64,000 nt of DNA. It comes from the human T2T-CHM13v2.0 reference genome, Homo sapiens. Under the pieces are notes generated by a model. It saw only the letters and a program-made list of their open reading frames with translations. It was not told the origin of the DNA and ran no database searches. This document shows, piece after piece, positions 21,701 to 34,806 of the stretch (positions are counted from its first letter, which is position 1; each line of letters begins with the position of its first letter). The stretch lies in the NCBI RefSeq assembly GCF_009914755.1, contig NC_060927.1; one strand, given 5' to 3'. Both the position numbers and the translations under genes were made by a program.

Positions 21701-22746
21701 TTTTTAACCTCTATTTTTGCCATTGCTATCTCCAACATCTAGTTCATATTTAGCCTCTGTTAACATTTTCCTTTGTTAACAATGGATCAAATTTTTTTAC
21801 TTTGTTTCTTGATTTTTGATTATATTCTAGATATTTTGCTGAAAATATGTAGACACAGAAATAAAAATCATTTTCTCAAGGAAAAGTCTTGCCCCTTTTG
21901 CCTTTCATCTAGCTAGTAAGAATGACAGTCAATTGAGTGTTTACTTGAGTGAATCTAGGCTTTGTTTTTGCCTCAGTTTGATTCAGCTCGCCACTAACTT
22001 CCAATATTTTGAAGGCATTATCAGGGCTTGTGTGTCATAAGAGCATTAGATCTAAGCACAGTGAAGATTCTGGCATTTACTATATAATCTGCATCCAAGA
22101 CATCAACTCTCCTAAGAATAGTAGAGCCCTCTGCTTTGCAATGTGGATACCAGATTTCATGGTTACTCCAGAGTTTTTGTTCTCTTCTCTCACTAATAGC
22201 CATTCTATTCCTCCGAAGATCATTAGCTTACTTCACTGCCCCCTCCAAAACCTGCCTTAAGCAGTGAGGGCCCTACTTTCTTGCAAGTTTGATTAGATTT
22301 TTTTTCTCTGACTACTTCTTTATCAGCCTATTGCCTTTCACTTGCAGAGAATGTGTTTAGACTCTGAGGAAGCTCCTTCTCAGCTTCCATGCCCTGATTC
22401 TAGTCATAGGCCTACTCTGTGCATTATCTCTGTTCCACCTAGAACATAGCAGTCATAATATTAAAAGTAAGAAGCAAATTTGCAGACTGTTCCAAAGATA
22501 ATTAAGGATAAATATTTGGTTTAGGTCATTGCTTTCACAAGAATGTTTTTAACTTTTCATAAGGCCTAAAATCAATAGATGATATTGACCTAGTTTTCTA
22601 AGTCATAGTAACACTTTTTCCCCAAACACATTGTTAGTTAGCAGAACCCCTAAGCTACATATTGTAATTTTATAATCATTACTTCTATCCCAAAGAAGCG
22701 TCAAATAACTTTTTTATTAAACCTCTATTATTATGCTCTCTTTTAA

Positions 22747-23038
<292 letters not shown>

Positions 23039-23174
23039 AAAGATGTCCTTCTTATAATGAAACTAAATAAACAAGAGGGGCCAATGGTTGCTTCTACTGA
23101 GAAGAAGGCTGGTTCCTTCTTTCTGTTCTTTCTTCTCTATTTCCTTTCTTTCCAAGATACTTTAAATAATTGTA

Positions 23175-23930
23175 TATGCTTTAGTTTGCTAGGATAACAA
23201 ACTACCATACCAAAAGACCACAGGCTGCATGGCTTAAACAACAAAAATGTATTTTCTTATAGTTTTGTAGGCTAAAAGTCCAGTATCAAGGCTGATTTCC
23301 TCTGATGCTTCTCTTTGGCTTGCAAACAGCAACCTTCTTGTTGCCACATCACATGGTCATCCCTCTGTGCATGCAGGCTCCTCATGTTTCTATGTTGTAA
23401 TCTCCTGTTCTTATAAGGACACTAGTGACAGTTCACCCTAATGGCCTCATTTTAACTTAGTTACTTCTTTAAAGGACTTATCTCAAAAGTAAGGTTGAGA
23501 TGGTACTCAACCTACAATAGGGTTACATCCTGCTAAATCCACTGTAAGTTGAAAACCTTGTAGGTAAAAAAATGGATTTATTTAATACCCCTATGTAGTG
23601 AACATCATAACTTAGCCTAAACTACCATAAATTTACTCAGAATACTTGCATTAGCCTACAGTTGGCAAAAATCATGTATAACTAAGCCTACTTTATACTA
23701 AAGTATTAAATTCCTCATGTAATTTATTGAATATTATAGTGAAGGTGGTTACATAGGTAATTGAAGTACAGTTTTTATCAAATGCATATTTATTTTGTAC
23801 CCTTGCAAAGCTGAAAAATTGTAAATCAAACCATTATAAGTAATGGGCTGTGTGTAGTAAACATTCTGAAGTACTGGGGGTTAGGACTTCAACATATGGG
23901 TTTTGGGAGGGCACAATTCCATCCATAACA
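23175..23930 (-). mobile_element. MLT1B-like MaLR solo LTR split by MER47A
   Basis: ggcttaaacaac...ttataaggacac...cattctgaagtactgggggttaggacttcaacatatg...cacaattccatccataaca. Confidence 0.8.
23497..23854 (+). mobile_element. MER47A (TcMar-Tigger non-autonomous element)
   Basis: gggttacatcc...gtaagttgaaaa...gaacatcataacttagccta...cattagcctacagttggcaaaa match recalled MER47A. Confidence 0.85.
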
Positions 23931-26144
23931 ACATTCTAACATGAGTTAAAATGTCCTCTCTAATAACATGAAGCTACTAATGAATAACAAAGTAAATAAA
24001 GGTAGAGTTAAATCTGTATATACATTGTTTTCAACTTTAGTCTTGCCAAAAGCTAGATTAAGTTTAAAGATATGAATTTAGTATTAAATGAACTTTTATC
24101 AAATATTTGATTATTATAATGCACACTTTCTCCAATGTGAGTTCCTGAAACTAAAAATAATTTCATTTATAAGGTGAGAAGAAAATATAGGCTATTGTAA
24201 ATCGGAAGTAGTCTTTACAGCTTTATATTTTATAATGTCAAGATGAATACTCTATAATTCCAGGAGATGTCAATAAATTCATTATACAAAAGCTTTCTAG
24301 ATAAATGAGTTTGGAACAAACTTACTGAATTAAGATACTTATGCTCTACTGTAGATTTTATTATATCTGAATGTTAACTTTGAATCTCAAACATGGAAGT
24401 TTTGTTATGACTATACTTTAGTATAGTATAAAGCGCATTTAGGAAGCAAGAAAAGGTTAGAATTTGTTCTAGCTTAGGCTATATGCAAAATTTAAAAATG
24501 TCACCTGAATAAAATAATTAAATAAGCAGTAAACATAAGCAAAAAAACACAAGGGTAATGCTAACAATAAAAGCAAATCTTTTATGAATTTTCAGCCGGG
24601 TTTACTTAAATCACACTATGTTTTTATACAACTTGTATTTATTTAATATTCATATATAGTATATAATTTAGGTCTCATCTAAAACCTATAAAGTGAGAAA
24701 AGTACATATTATAATTCACCTTTTAAAAAGCAACTTCCAATAAAATTCAGGATAAGATATAAAAAAACACACTGGGATCAGTTAGATGGGAAATCAAGCA
24801 TTTGGAATTCAAATAAAGAATCATTTTATTACGATGTCATTTTGTGTAAATAAATTAAGATAGCCACACTTACAGTAGAGCTAATATGAACAATAGACAT
24901 TGAATTATGCTTATAATATTTAAAATTGCATATATTATTAACAGAAAACATAGTAGAATATACTTTAGTCTTCAGATTTGAATAATTTAACATGAGAATT
25001 TTTTTCTTTCATGACATTTAATGTGAATTTTAGTTTTACATATTAAATTGGTAAATAACAAATGCATACATAATTCAAATTTTAATTCTGCCTTTGTGGG
25101 TATGACATATTTATAAATGAATAAGCACCTATTTATTATTTTTAACACTCTAAGCTATCATTTTGTACCTAATTAGTACCACCTTTTCATTAATTAAGTT
25201 GTAATGTTTGAATAAAACATTATATGATACATCTATAGGACTCTTTTTTCTTCTCTTTCTGTGTCATATATAGTTATTAGAGTTCATTAGCTTCATTTAC
25301 TGAAGACGTATATTGAATAATTTTGTTTTGTTTTATAAATAATTGTTCACTTTGTGGTGGAAATGAAGTTCCAAAAATCAATTTATAAATTTTGGAGAAA
25401 ATATGCAATAATACATACTTGTAGGCATTGAAATAAGACAAGTACATTGCTCCGCTATGCAAGTCATCAATTTGAGTATATTTCCAACTGCAAGGATTCA
25501 TTATATTGGCATACAGAAGGAGCCATTCATATGTCAACTTCTCTTAAATTCAAAAGCTGAATAGCTCCTGAGAGATCTGACAGAAGCAGGTAAAAGAGAA
25601 AAACAAAATCAAACAAACGCACACTAAAAAGTCACAGTCAGATAGTTTAAAAATGTTGGAAAAAATCTAGGCCACTGAATAAGTATCTTTTCTTTAGGGA
25701 TACTGAGAATTCTTTAGATTTATCAGTAATTGTCACAAATGACAGTGGTAAAGAATACATGCAATACGTACAGAGTACATTATTTTTCACAAATAGCAGA
25801 CTAAGACATCAAATAAATTTTGATTAACGTGTAAATTACAGAAAAAATGACTTAAAAATTGTAATCTTGAATGAGGTTGTGAAATCTAACAAAAATTAAA
25901 AATAGCAATCTATCAAAAAGCAACCCCAATTATATAATCAAGTATAATTCTATTCGTTATCCTGGCTCTGTTTGTTAGAAGAAAAATATTTACTCAAGAA
26001 TAAACAGATGGGGATGTAGAAAGTCAATAACCTAGTGGGACCAGAAATACTTAAGTTTCAGTTACTACTATGCTGGCAATACTTCAAATAATTCCAAGGC
26101 ATGTCTTATTTTTACCACAAACAGTTAATTTTCTGAATGATGAC

Positions 26145-26453
26145 ATTTTTAAAAAACAAACAAAAAAAAAGTCTTTCTCTGTCACGCAGGCCAGAGTGCA
26201 GTGGCATGATGATCATAGCTTACTGCAGCCTTGAACTCCTGGGCTCAAGTGATCCTGTCACCTCAGCTCCCCAAGTAACTGGGACTACAAGTGCACACTA
26301 CCAAACCCAGCCAATTTTTTTATTCTTTTTGTTTATAGAGACAGGATCTGACTATGATGCCCAGACTGGTCTCGAACTCCTGGCCTCAAACAATCCACCT
26401 GCCTCAATCCTGCAAAGTGCTGGGATTGTAAGTGTGGGCCACTGTGCCCAGCC
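26145..26453 (-). mobile_element. AluJ
   Basis: gcagccttgaactcctgggctcaagtgatcc; TSD tgacattttt / tgacttcttt. Confidence 0.9.
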
Positions 26454-27557
26454 TGACTTCTTTATTCTCATTAACCAATTATTTCAACAATAAGATATGG
26501 AGGTTCCTTGAATGTAACTCAAATTTGTGAAAATATTTTAATGTCTATAGAAAAGAATGACATCTCTTTGGATTTTAAAAGATTAAAAAAAAAACAAGCC
26601 AAAAGACATAAGCATGTCTGGTAGAAGTTCAGGAAATTTGTGCTATGAAAGAGCTAAGTTTAACTCAAGTAACCAATAAATGCATTTATACTTGCTATCA
26701 CACTATGACACTGAGGGATGTGACTTAACTGGAAATTGAAATTAAGGAATGATAAATAGAGCCAAGCTGGATTTTGAATCTGAACTATGCCTTCTTCATT
26801 ATTTTATCTCTAAAAGAGAAAAAAATTAAGTCATGTTAAGTTAAATATTAAATCCAAAATTGAGCTACTGAGGCAGAACATTTGTTCCTTAACAGAGTGC
26901 TGTGTTTTGCCTACTCTGGAGATTTGAGGGCTCTGTGTGTGTGTTTGTGTGTTGCATGTGCAAGTGTGGAAATCCAATGCCTGTGCTGCAAATGTAGGAA
27001 TAGAAACCTATAGAAATTGAAGGAAGATGTAATTAACACATGTGCAGACAAAAAATAGTTGAAAGCAGAATAAAAAGAAAGTCAAAAATCAAAGCTCAAA
27101 ATGGGAACTAGATATGGGGTAGAAAAATAGGCAAAAATTTTAACAGAAAAATAACTGAAACGTTTGATGTAGTGTTCCACTACATAGACATATCTGGGAT
27201 TTTTTATTGTTTTCTACTGAGAGTCTCAAACTTGTAACATCCTAAGTGTTTCTATCACAAATTAATGGCATGCATTCTTTCTGTAACATTTCTGCTTTAT
27301 ATTTGAAAACCTCTAGTGATAAAACCTGTCACTCTTTCTCCATTTCCATTAGGATGGGAAACGACTGTCTTCATAGATTGTCAAAAATCAATTTGTTTTT
27401 CACATTGGAAATTCACAACAATTGTACCAGCAGAAAGGTAGTGCCATCATGGGGAGAAATTTGAATCTTGAAGACAATTTTTGAAAATTACACATGGAAA
27501 AGTTTCCACCTCCATCAATATTCCAATATGTCTGTTTTTCACCTGTGCTGTTGCTCA

Positions 27558-27627
27558 ATGTATTGGGGTTCTCCAGAGAAATAAAAACAATAAGATGTGA
27601 ATGTCTCTTGGTAGATGATAGGTAGAT

Positions 27628-27676
<49 letters not shown>

Positions 27677-27785
27677 GAATTAATCCAAAAGGTGAAGCAC
27701 CTTTCAGAAACATCCAGAACAATGTTTGGCCAAATATTTGGGCACCATGGCCCAGACAAGTTGGCAGATAAAATTAGCCATCACA
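27558..27785 (-). mobile_element. MLT2 (ERVL) LTR, internally deleted, carrying a GATA microsatellite
   Basis: tgtattggggttctccagagaaa ... gggcaccatggcccagacaagttggcagataaaattagccatcaca. Confidence 0.8.
27628..27675 (+). repeat. (GATA)12 tetranucleotide STR
   Basis: 48 bp uninterrupted GATA, preceded by imperfect gtagatgata units. Confidence 0.95.
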
Positions 27786-28200
27786 CTCATTCCACTTCTT
27801 AACTTTCAGAATCAGCATCAGTTATATGCACATGGGAGCTTGCTTTGTTATTTCACAAAATTAGTATATAATTTTGAATTACTCTTCTAAGATACCTTTG
27901 TCCAAGTGCTCAAGCCCTCAAAGCACATAAAAGTGGAAAATCAAAAGTGGTGCCTTAGTACCTGGGATCCTATTTTCACAACGGAAAGGGAAAGTAAGTG
28001 GAACAGGACAATTCTGGCCATCTTATTTTCTCTGGATTACACTTTGACTTCCATTCGTCTTATCCTCCTCATGTAAGATAAACCAGGGAGATAAAGTAAT
28101 GCATTTCCATTCATAGTTAACTTTTTCATAAAGTTAGATATTTATTTTTTTCTCTATGTTTTAATATTCTATTCATAATTCAATATTTTACCTCATAAAC

Positions 28201-28332
28201 CAGCGGTGTCCAAGAGAGCAATTACAGTCATGGGTTCCTAGTTTCCGTTTCTGTTTTGGCCAATAAAGCCCCTTCTTCATCCTTCATACAAAATAGAGCA
28301 AACAACAAAATAAGGTGTGTTGTACAAGCTTG
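28201..28332. mobile_element. MER107-like hAT-Charlie MITE, internally deleted
   Basis: Ends cagcggtgtccaa and ttgtacaagcttg; 8-bp TSD tcataaac / ccttaaac. Confidence 0.7.
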
Positions 28333-28523
28333 CCTTAAACTCTCTTATGTTGGTTTCCATTAAAACAAAATAATGTATGTTGTTTTTCCTTCATTTCAGA
28401 TTAATTTTTAACATCATGTGAGCCCTGTCTTCTCTACCTAATTTGTAAAGACTAAAGTGCCTTGGAGTTCAATCCTGACCCTCTTCTCACATATCACTTC
28501 TTTCATAAGAAATCTCATTTATT

Positions 28524-28813
28524 GGCTGGGCATGGTGGCTCATTCCTGTAATCCCAGCACTTTGGGAGACCAAGGTGGGAAGATCACTTGAAGTCAGGAA
28601 TTCAAGACCAGCCTGGCCAACATAATAAAATCCCGTCTCTACTAAAAATGCAAAAATTAGCCAGGCGTGGAGGTGGGCACCTGTAACCCCAGCTACCCAG
28701 AGGACAAGGCAGGAGAATCCCATGAACCTGGGAGGCGGAGCTTGCAGTGAGCCAAACTGGGAGACAGAGCGAGACTCCATCTCAAAAAAAAATGTAAAAA
28801 AAAATAAATAAAT
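28524..28813 (+). mobile_element. AluS with ~20-bp right-arm deletion
   Basis: Perfect TSD aaatctcatttatt (28510-28523, 28814-28827); A/(AAAT)n tail. Confidence 0.95.
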
Positions 28814-29113
28814 AAATCTCATTTATTGACATAATTTAAATTCCATCTATGGAATAATAATCCCAACATTAATATACTCAGAATTATCTTTGCTTTTGTG
28901 TTCCAACCCACAAAGTCAGCAGTGTGCTTGATTTCACAATTGGTCATATCATTTATACCTCAGGTACCATGCCCACATGTTAAAAAATGCTTCTCTCAGT
29001 GTCCCATACCTCAAACAGATACTACTTGTATTTACTAGCCACTAAGACTTTTTCTTGACACTTCTCTCCTTCGTTCTCTATGTTTGAACCAACAGCAACT
29101 TCCTTTAAGTGTC

Positions 29114-29643
29114 TATATTCGTTTCCTATTGCCATGTTAACAAATTACTAAAACTTAATGGCTTAAAACAACACAAATTTATTCTCTTACAGTTCTGGAT
29201 GCCAAAAGTCTAAAATCAAGGTGATGATAGGGTTACATTCCTTCTGAAGACTTTAAGATAGAACTTGTTTTCTTGCCCTTTTCAGCTACTAGAGTCTGCC
29301 TACATTCTTTGGTTTGTGATCCCTTTCTGCTTCTTCAAGACATGCAGTGTAGCCTTCTCTCTCTCTCTCTCTCTGTCTCTCTCTCCCCTACCCCCCACCC
29401 CGCTCCCTCTCTCGCCTGCTTCCTTCATCACATTTCTTCCTCTGTCTCTTCCTGCTTCCTTCTTTATAAGGACCCTGATGATTATATGGGGCCCAACTGG
29501 ATAATACAAGATACTCTCCCTCTTTCAAGATCCTATGTTTAATCACATCTACAGAGTTTCTTTCACTAACCTATCATATTCACGGGTCCTGAGAAAGAGG
29601 ATGCGAACATATTTGGAGGGAGAACTATAATTCAGCTTTCATA
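29114..29643 (-). mobile_element. MLT1D-like MaLR LTR with internal (CT)n
   Basis: gtttcctattgcc...ggcttaaaacaacacaaatttattctcttacagttctgga...tataaggaccctgatgattata. Confidence 0.8.
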
Positions 29644-29689
29644 GTGTTCCTCTAAAACATTTTCTCAATCTCTTATTTTCTTTCCTTCT

Positions 29690-30060
29690 TACTTTCAGTT
29701 TTGAAGTCCAAGATACTATTATCCTTTCCTGGAATGACTAATTTCCTGACTGACTTTGATGACCCTTCTGCAGTTATCTTCCAGCACATTTGCCACTTAG
29801 TGACCACACTTCTCTTTAAAGTAAAAGTATAATTATGTCACTTCTCTGCTTAAAACACTTTAATAATTTTCCCTTGCATATAGGATAAAATTCAGAATTC
29901 TTACTGCGGATAATGTGCCTCCTACATGCAGTTACATGCTTCATCTAATGCTCCTGTTCGCTTAATCACTACACAACAGCTACCTGCTCTTCTATCTAGC
30001 CAAACTCATTATATGTCTCTGCAAATGTTTTTATTCTGTGATGATTTCCTCCAACTCTTT
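29690..30060 (+). mobile_element. L2 fragment
   Basis: attatgtcacttctctgcttaaaacac...cccttgcatataggataaaattcagaattctt. Confidence 0.65.
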
Positions 30061-30267
30061 ATAATATAATATAGTAGCACGAGGTCTATATTATAAAATA
30101 ATATAAAATTACAAGGTCTGTATTATCCATGGAATTTATACGTAAAACTATCAAAATATAAAGTACTGTAAAAAGACTTCCAAATGCTATCAATGTTTCT
30201 TCTTCCTTTAAGCTCATGAATTTCAATGCAAACGTAAATCTTCTATATGAGTATTGTGTCTTACATC

Positions 30268-30772
30268 TTTTTTTTAAATTATACTTTAAGTTCTAGGGTA
30301 CATGTGCACAATGTGCAGGTTTGTTACATAGGTACACATGTGCCATGTTGATGTGCTGCACCCATTAACTTGTCATTTACATTAGGTATATCTCCTAATG
30401 CTTTCCCTGCCCGCTACTCCCCCTCCACAACAGGCCCCAGTGTGTGATGTTCCCCTTCCTGTGTCCAAGTGTTCTCATTGTTCAGTTCCCACCTATGAGT
30501 GAGAACATGTGGTGTTTGGTTTTTTGTTCTTGTGATAGTTTGCTGAGAATGATGGTTTCCAGCTTCATCCATGTCCCTACAAAGGACATGAACTCATCCT
30601 TTTTTATGGCTGCATAGTATCCCATGGTGTATATGTGCCACATTTTCTTAATCCAGTCTATCATTGTTGGACATTTGGGTTGGTTCCAAGTCTTTGCTAT
30701 TGTGAATAGTGCCACAATAAACATACGTGTGCATGTGCCTTTATAGCAGCATGATTTGTAATCCTTTGGTGT
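30268..30772 (-). mobile_element. L1PA4/5-like 3' end, ~500 bp, 5'-truncated
   Basis: ttatactttaagttctagggtacatgtgcac; ORF2 C-terminus KLSQEQKTKHHMFSLIGGN. Confidence 0.95.
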
Positions 30773-30779
30773 AGAGTTC

Positions 30780-31135
30780 ATCTGCCTTTCCTTTGAGATT
30801 CATTCTCCTCCCTTTTCTGTCTGTGTTTTATGGAGCTAGGAAATAATTCTCCTGACTCCTTAGCAAACTAATTTCAGCTCTATTAAGACAGTGGAAAGTC
30901 TTGGTGGGTGATTGGAGGACAGGTGGAAGGGAGAAGCCAGGGTATACTTACTCCCTACACTGAGTAACATGTTTGGTAAAGACTGGTGCTTCTTCATGGC
31001 TCCAGTTTTCAATATTTAGAACCTCCATCATAGTCCCAAATTCTGCCAGCCAGGTTTCCAACATCAGCTGTGTAGTCCCAGCTCCTTATCTCTGTTAACC
31101 CTACTTGATCCTGTAAGCCCTTCTAGCCATAGGGA
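30780..31135. mobile_element. LTR33-like ERVL LTR fragment
   Basis: ggtgattggaggacaggtggaagggagaagccagggtat motif. Confidence 0.5.
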
Positions 31136-31137
31136 TG

Positions 31138-31140
<3 letters not shown>

Positions 31141-31182
<42 letters not shown>
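31141..31182 (+). repeat. (TG)21 microsatellite
   Basis: Direct. Confidence 0.97.
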
Positions 31183-31189
<7 letters not shown>

Positions 31190-31606
31190 AACACTGGCTC
31201 ATATGATTATGGAAACAGACAATTCCCAAAGTCTGCAGGATGAGTAGGCAAGTTGGATATTCAAGATGGCAATGGTATAATTCTAATCCAATGGCTGGAA
31301 AACTGGAGGCTCAGGAAGAGCTAATGTTTTAGTTCAAGTCTGAAGGCAGGAAAAGCTGATTCCCAAATTTGAAGGCTGTCAGGCAGGAGAAATCTTACTC
31401 AGAAGAGGGTCAGCCTTTATTGTTCTACTCAGGCCTTCAAAGGATTGGATGATATCCACCCACATTAGAGAGGGAAATCTGCTTTATTAAGTCTTCTACC
31501 AATTCAAATATTAACCTCCAAAAACACCCCCACAGAAACACTCAGAATAATGTTTGACCAGATACATGAGCACCCCTGGTCCAGCCAAGTTGACATGTAA
31601 AATTAT
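31183..31606 (-). mobile_element. MLT2B-like LTR
   Basis: ggctcatatgattatgga...gtctgaaggcaggaaaa...caggccttcaaaggattggatga...ccaagttgacatgtaaaatta. Confidence 0.85.
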
Positions 31607-31706
31607 GTGGGAGGCCGAGGTGTGAGAATCACTTGAACCTGGGAGGTCGAGGTTGCAGTTAGTCAAGATTGCACCATTGCACTCCAGCCTGGGTGACAGA
31701 GGGAGT
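31607..31706 (+). mobile_element. Alu right-monomer/FRAM fragment
   Basis: gggaggccgaggtgtgagaatcacttgaacctgggagg...gcactccagcctgggtgacagag. Confidence 0.85.
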
Positions 31707-31715
31707 CTCTCTCTT

Positions 31716-31767
<52 letters not shown>

Positions 31768-31788
31768 CACACACACACACATACATAT
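31706..31788 (+). repeat. Compound (CT)n(TA)n(CA)n microsatellite
   Basis: Direct. Confidence 0.93.
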
Positions 31789-33553
31789 AGATTCTTTCTT
31801 GCTCCCAAAGGAACGCTGTGTGTATTTCGTTTTAAGACTTAAAAAACCTCATGGAACAATGTCTTCCCTTTTTTCCAAATGGTGTATTCCTCACTTTATA
31901 ATTTTCTTATCAAGACAGTTATTTTATCAATGTAGAAATGTTGAGAAAGATAGCATACAATCGTTTAATAAATTTACAAGTTCACACATCATACAAAGGC
32001 TCATAAAATTTTGTGTTGTTCTATAATACTATTGTTTTATTTCAATGAAGCATCCATAGATACAATTGAAATATGGTAAAAGCTAGAATATATAAATAAC
32101 CTGTTTTAAAATGATTCAGATATTGTTAAAATAGAAAAATGCTAATAATATGCTTTATGGAAAGAAAATTACAAACAAAAGCTGCTTACATGTTAACCAC
32201 AGGTAGAGTTCAAGTTAGAAAAATTAATGAAGAAATGTAATAGAGTTTGGCTTCACTAGATAGCTTCCAATTTTTGATGACTGAAATCTTAGCTTTACTA
32301 GAATTTAACTTGTATCAAGAAGAAGTCACTCAAGGTTGAAGTTCAAAGGGGCAATTTTGCGAACAAAACTGCCTGAGTAGGATGGGAAGCAGAAGACAGA
32401 TTTAACTGGAAGTTATCTGAAAACAATAAATATCTAGAGTCCTGACAGTTATCAGAGGAATCACCTGGAACTCTAATAGGAAAGCTCTTTGTAAATAAGA
32501 TTCTATAGTAAGCCTAGTGATTCATAATTATCACAAAATTAACTCCCTTGGATCACAATATCATCTGCCAGGCTTTATGTTTTCCAGATGAAATTGTTCA
32601 TTACAGATATCTAGGTCCAAATGGGCAGCATAATACTTCTAGTTCTAAATGCCTTCTCCTTATATAAAAGGCTGAAAGCCCCTCAAATGTGAAACTCTTA
32701 TTATAGAAACCAGAGTGAAATCCCAAATCTATTAATATTTGAAAAGAAATAATTTTCTCCTTTTTCAGTTGATAGGCTTAAAAATATGCAATTTGCAAAA
32801 TAATGTCATTTGAATGGATTTATTTTAATTCTAGGAAGAAATTTTCTTTCAACATTCTCCAGCCCTCTGATTGTGCTATATTGAAGCAGTCTCAAAATAA
32901 CTTACAACTTCATTGATAAAATATTGATTTCTGTAATATTGGAAAATCTTTTCTTATTTCTAATTTGCAGATATAAGCAGCACAAATCTAAAATTGTCAC
33001 TCTCTGGGTTAAAGACTTCAATAGCTCCCAATTATTTTAGAATATCTATTTATCCTATAAATAAATACATACATACATAAATAAAAATACACATATACAT
33101 ATATAATACATAAATATACCCAAGAAGTTTATATATGTTTTATTTATATATTAAATAATAAATCAGAGTATAGTATATATGATATGTGTCACTTAATGAC
33201 AGGATATGTTCTGAGTAATGCATTTTTAAACAATTATTTGAATTCTGTGAACATTATATAGTGTACTTGTATAACCCTAGATGGTATAGCTTACTATACA
33301 ACTAGGCTATATGGTATAGCCTACTACTCCTAGGCAACAAACCTTTACATTATCTTATTGTACTGACTACTGTAGGTAATTGTAACAAAATGGTATTTTG
33401 TATCTAAACATAGAAAAGTTACAATCAAAAATACTGTGTGAAGATAAAACTTGTTACATCTTTACCATGGGAACTCACCATGAATGAAGCTTGCAGAACT
33501 GGAAGTCGCTCCAGATGAGTCAATGAGTCATGAGTGAATGTGAAGGCCTAGAA

Positions 33554-34154
33554 CAAGTTTGTCCAACCTGTGGACCGAGGGCTACATGAGGCCCAGGACG
33601 CCTTTGAATGTGGCCCAACACAAATTTGTAAATTTTGTTAAAACATAATAAGACTCTTTTGCGATTTTTTTTATCTCATCAGCTACTGTCAATGTATTTT
33701 ATGTGTAGCCCAAGAAAATCCTTCTTCTTCCAATGTGGCCCAGGGAAGCCAAATAGTTATGGCAGCATTGAAATGTGAAAATCAGTAAAAGAGAGGCTTC
33801 TCATACTGTCCAAAGAAATCTGTAACTATGAGATGAGAAAATTGTCACATACATGAAAGTGATTTTAAAATAATAGCAATCTGACTGCAAGTGTGGTACT
33901 GTAACCTATATGTCCTCAAGAAGTTCAAAAGAATTCAAAGAAAAAGGCAACAATTATCTCCTTTTTTCTCCAAAAGTAACTCAAGATGTAGATTGACCAA
34001 GAGAACAAGTTCAGTTCTAAATAAGGAAGAAACTGTGTGTAGTGGAAGCGGGAAAAGCAGGAGGGAGGGGTGTACATTCAAATACACAGTGTTAAAATAT
34101 AACTGGTAACAAGTTACCTATCTAATTACCTGCTTTTCTCCCAGGACACCCCTT
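33554..34154. mobile_element. MER30 (hAT-Charlie) whose right TIR is split by a 390-bp insert
   Basis: caagtttgtccaacc...caatgtggcccagggaagccaaa [insert] gacacccct; perfect 8-bp TSD gcctagaa (33546-33553, 34155-34162). Confidence 0.9.
33755..34144 (+). repeat. Direct copy of 36027-36416
   Basis: 390-bp colinear match, ~85% identity by hand alignment. Confidence 0.95.
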
Positions 34155-34389
34155 GCCTAGAACATTAGCACTACTACAGACATTATAAACATTGTGCACT
34201 TAGGCTACACTAAATTTATACTTTTAAAAAGTAATATTGATGTTACAATGTTACAATGGTTATGATGTCATTAGGCAATAGGAGTTCTTCAGCTCCATTA
34301 TAAACTTACGGGACTACCTTCGTATACATAGTCCATCACTGATCAAAAAGTCATTATGCAGTTACTGAGTATATATACCATGTATGCAA

Positions 34390-34740
34390 ATTTTCTTCTT
34401 CCTCTGCCATCCCTGACACAGCAAGATCAACCCTTTTCTCCTCTTCCTCAGCCTACTCAATATGAACATCACAAGGATGAAGACGTTTATGATGATTCAC
34501 TTCCACTTAATGAATAGTAAATATAGTTTATCTTCCTTATGATTGGCTGAATATTTTATTTTCTCTAGCTTACCTCATTATAATATTACATTATATAGTA
34601 CACATAACATACAAAATATGTGTTAATTGACTTTATGTTTTTGATAATGCTTCCAGTCAATAGCAGACTGTTAGTAATTAAGTTTTTGGAAAGTCAAATG
34701 TTATATGCAAAGTTTTGGACTGTGGTAGGGTTGAGGGGCA
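34390..34740 (+). mobile_element. Tigger2a/MER28-like fragment
   Basis: cctcagcctactcaa...gatgaagacgtttatgatgattcacttccacttaatgaatagtaaatat. Confidence 0.8.
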
Positions 34741-34745
34741 GGTTT

Positions 34746-34748
<3 letters not shown>

Positions 34749-34799
<51 letters not shown>
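34749..34799 (+). repeat. (AC)25 microsatellite
   Basis: Direct. Confidence 0.96.

Positions 34800-34806
<7 letters not shown>

Larger units (their letters stand above)
33178..34368 (+). mobile_element. Tigger3-family (Tigger3b/c) element interrupted by MER30
   Basis: cacttaatgacaggatatgttctgag...cctagatggtatagc...gagtgaatgtgaaggcctag | cattagcactac...cttaggctacactaaattta...cagctccattata. Confidence 0.85.

Noticed and set aside
24240-24440. Possible old hAT/MER fragment
   Set aside because: Could not assign a family or ends with confidence
25277-25537. 86-aa minus-strand ORF in unique DNA
   Set aside because: No recognisable domain or supporting splice structure; length is expected by chance
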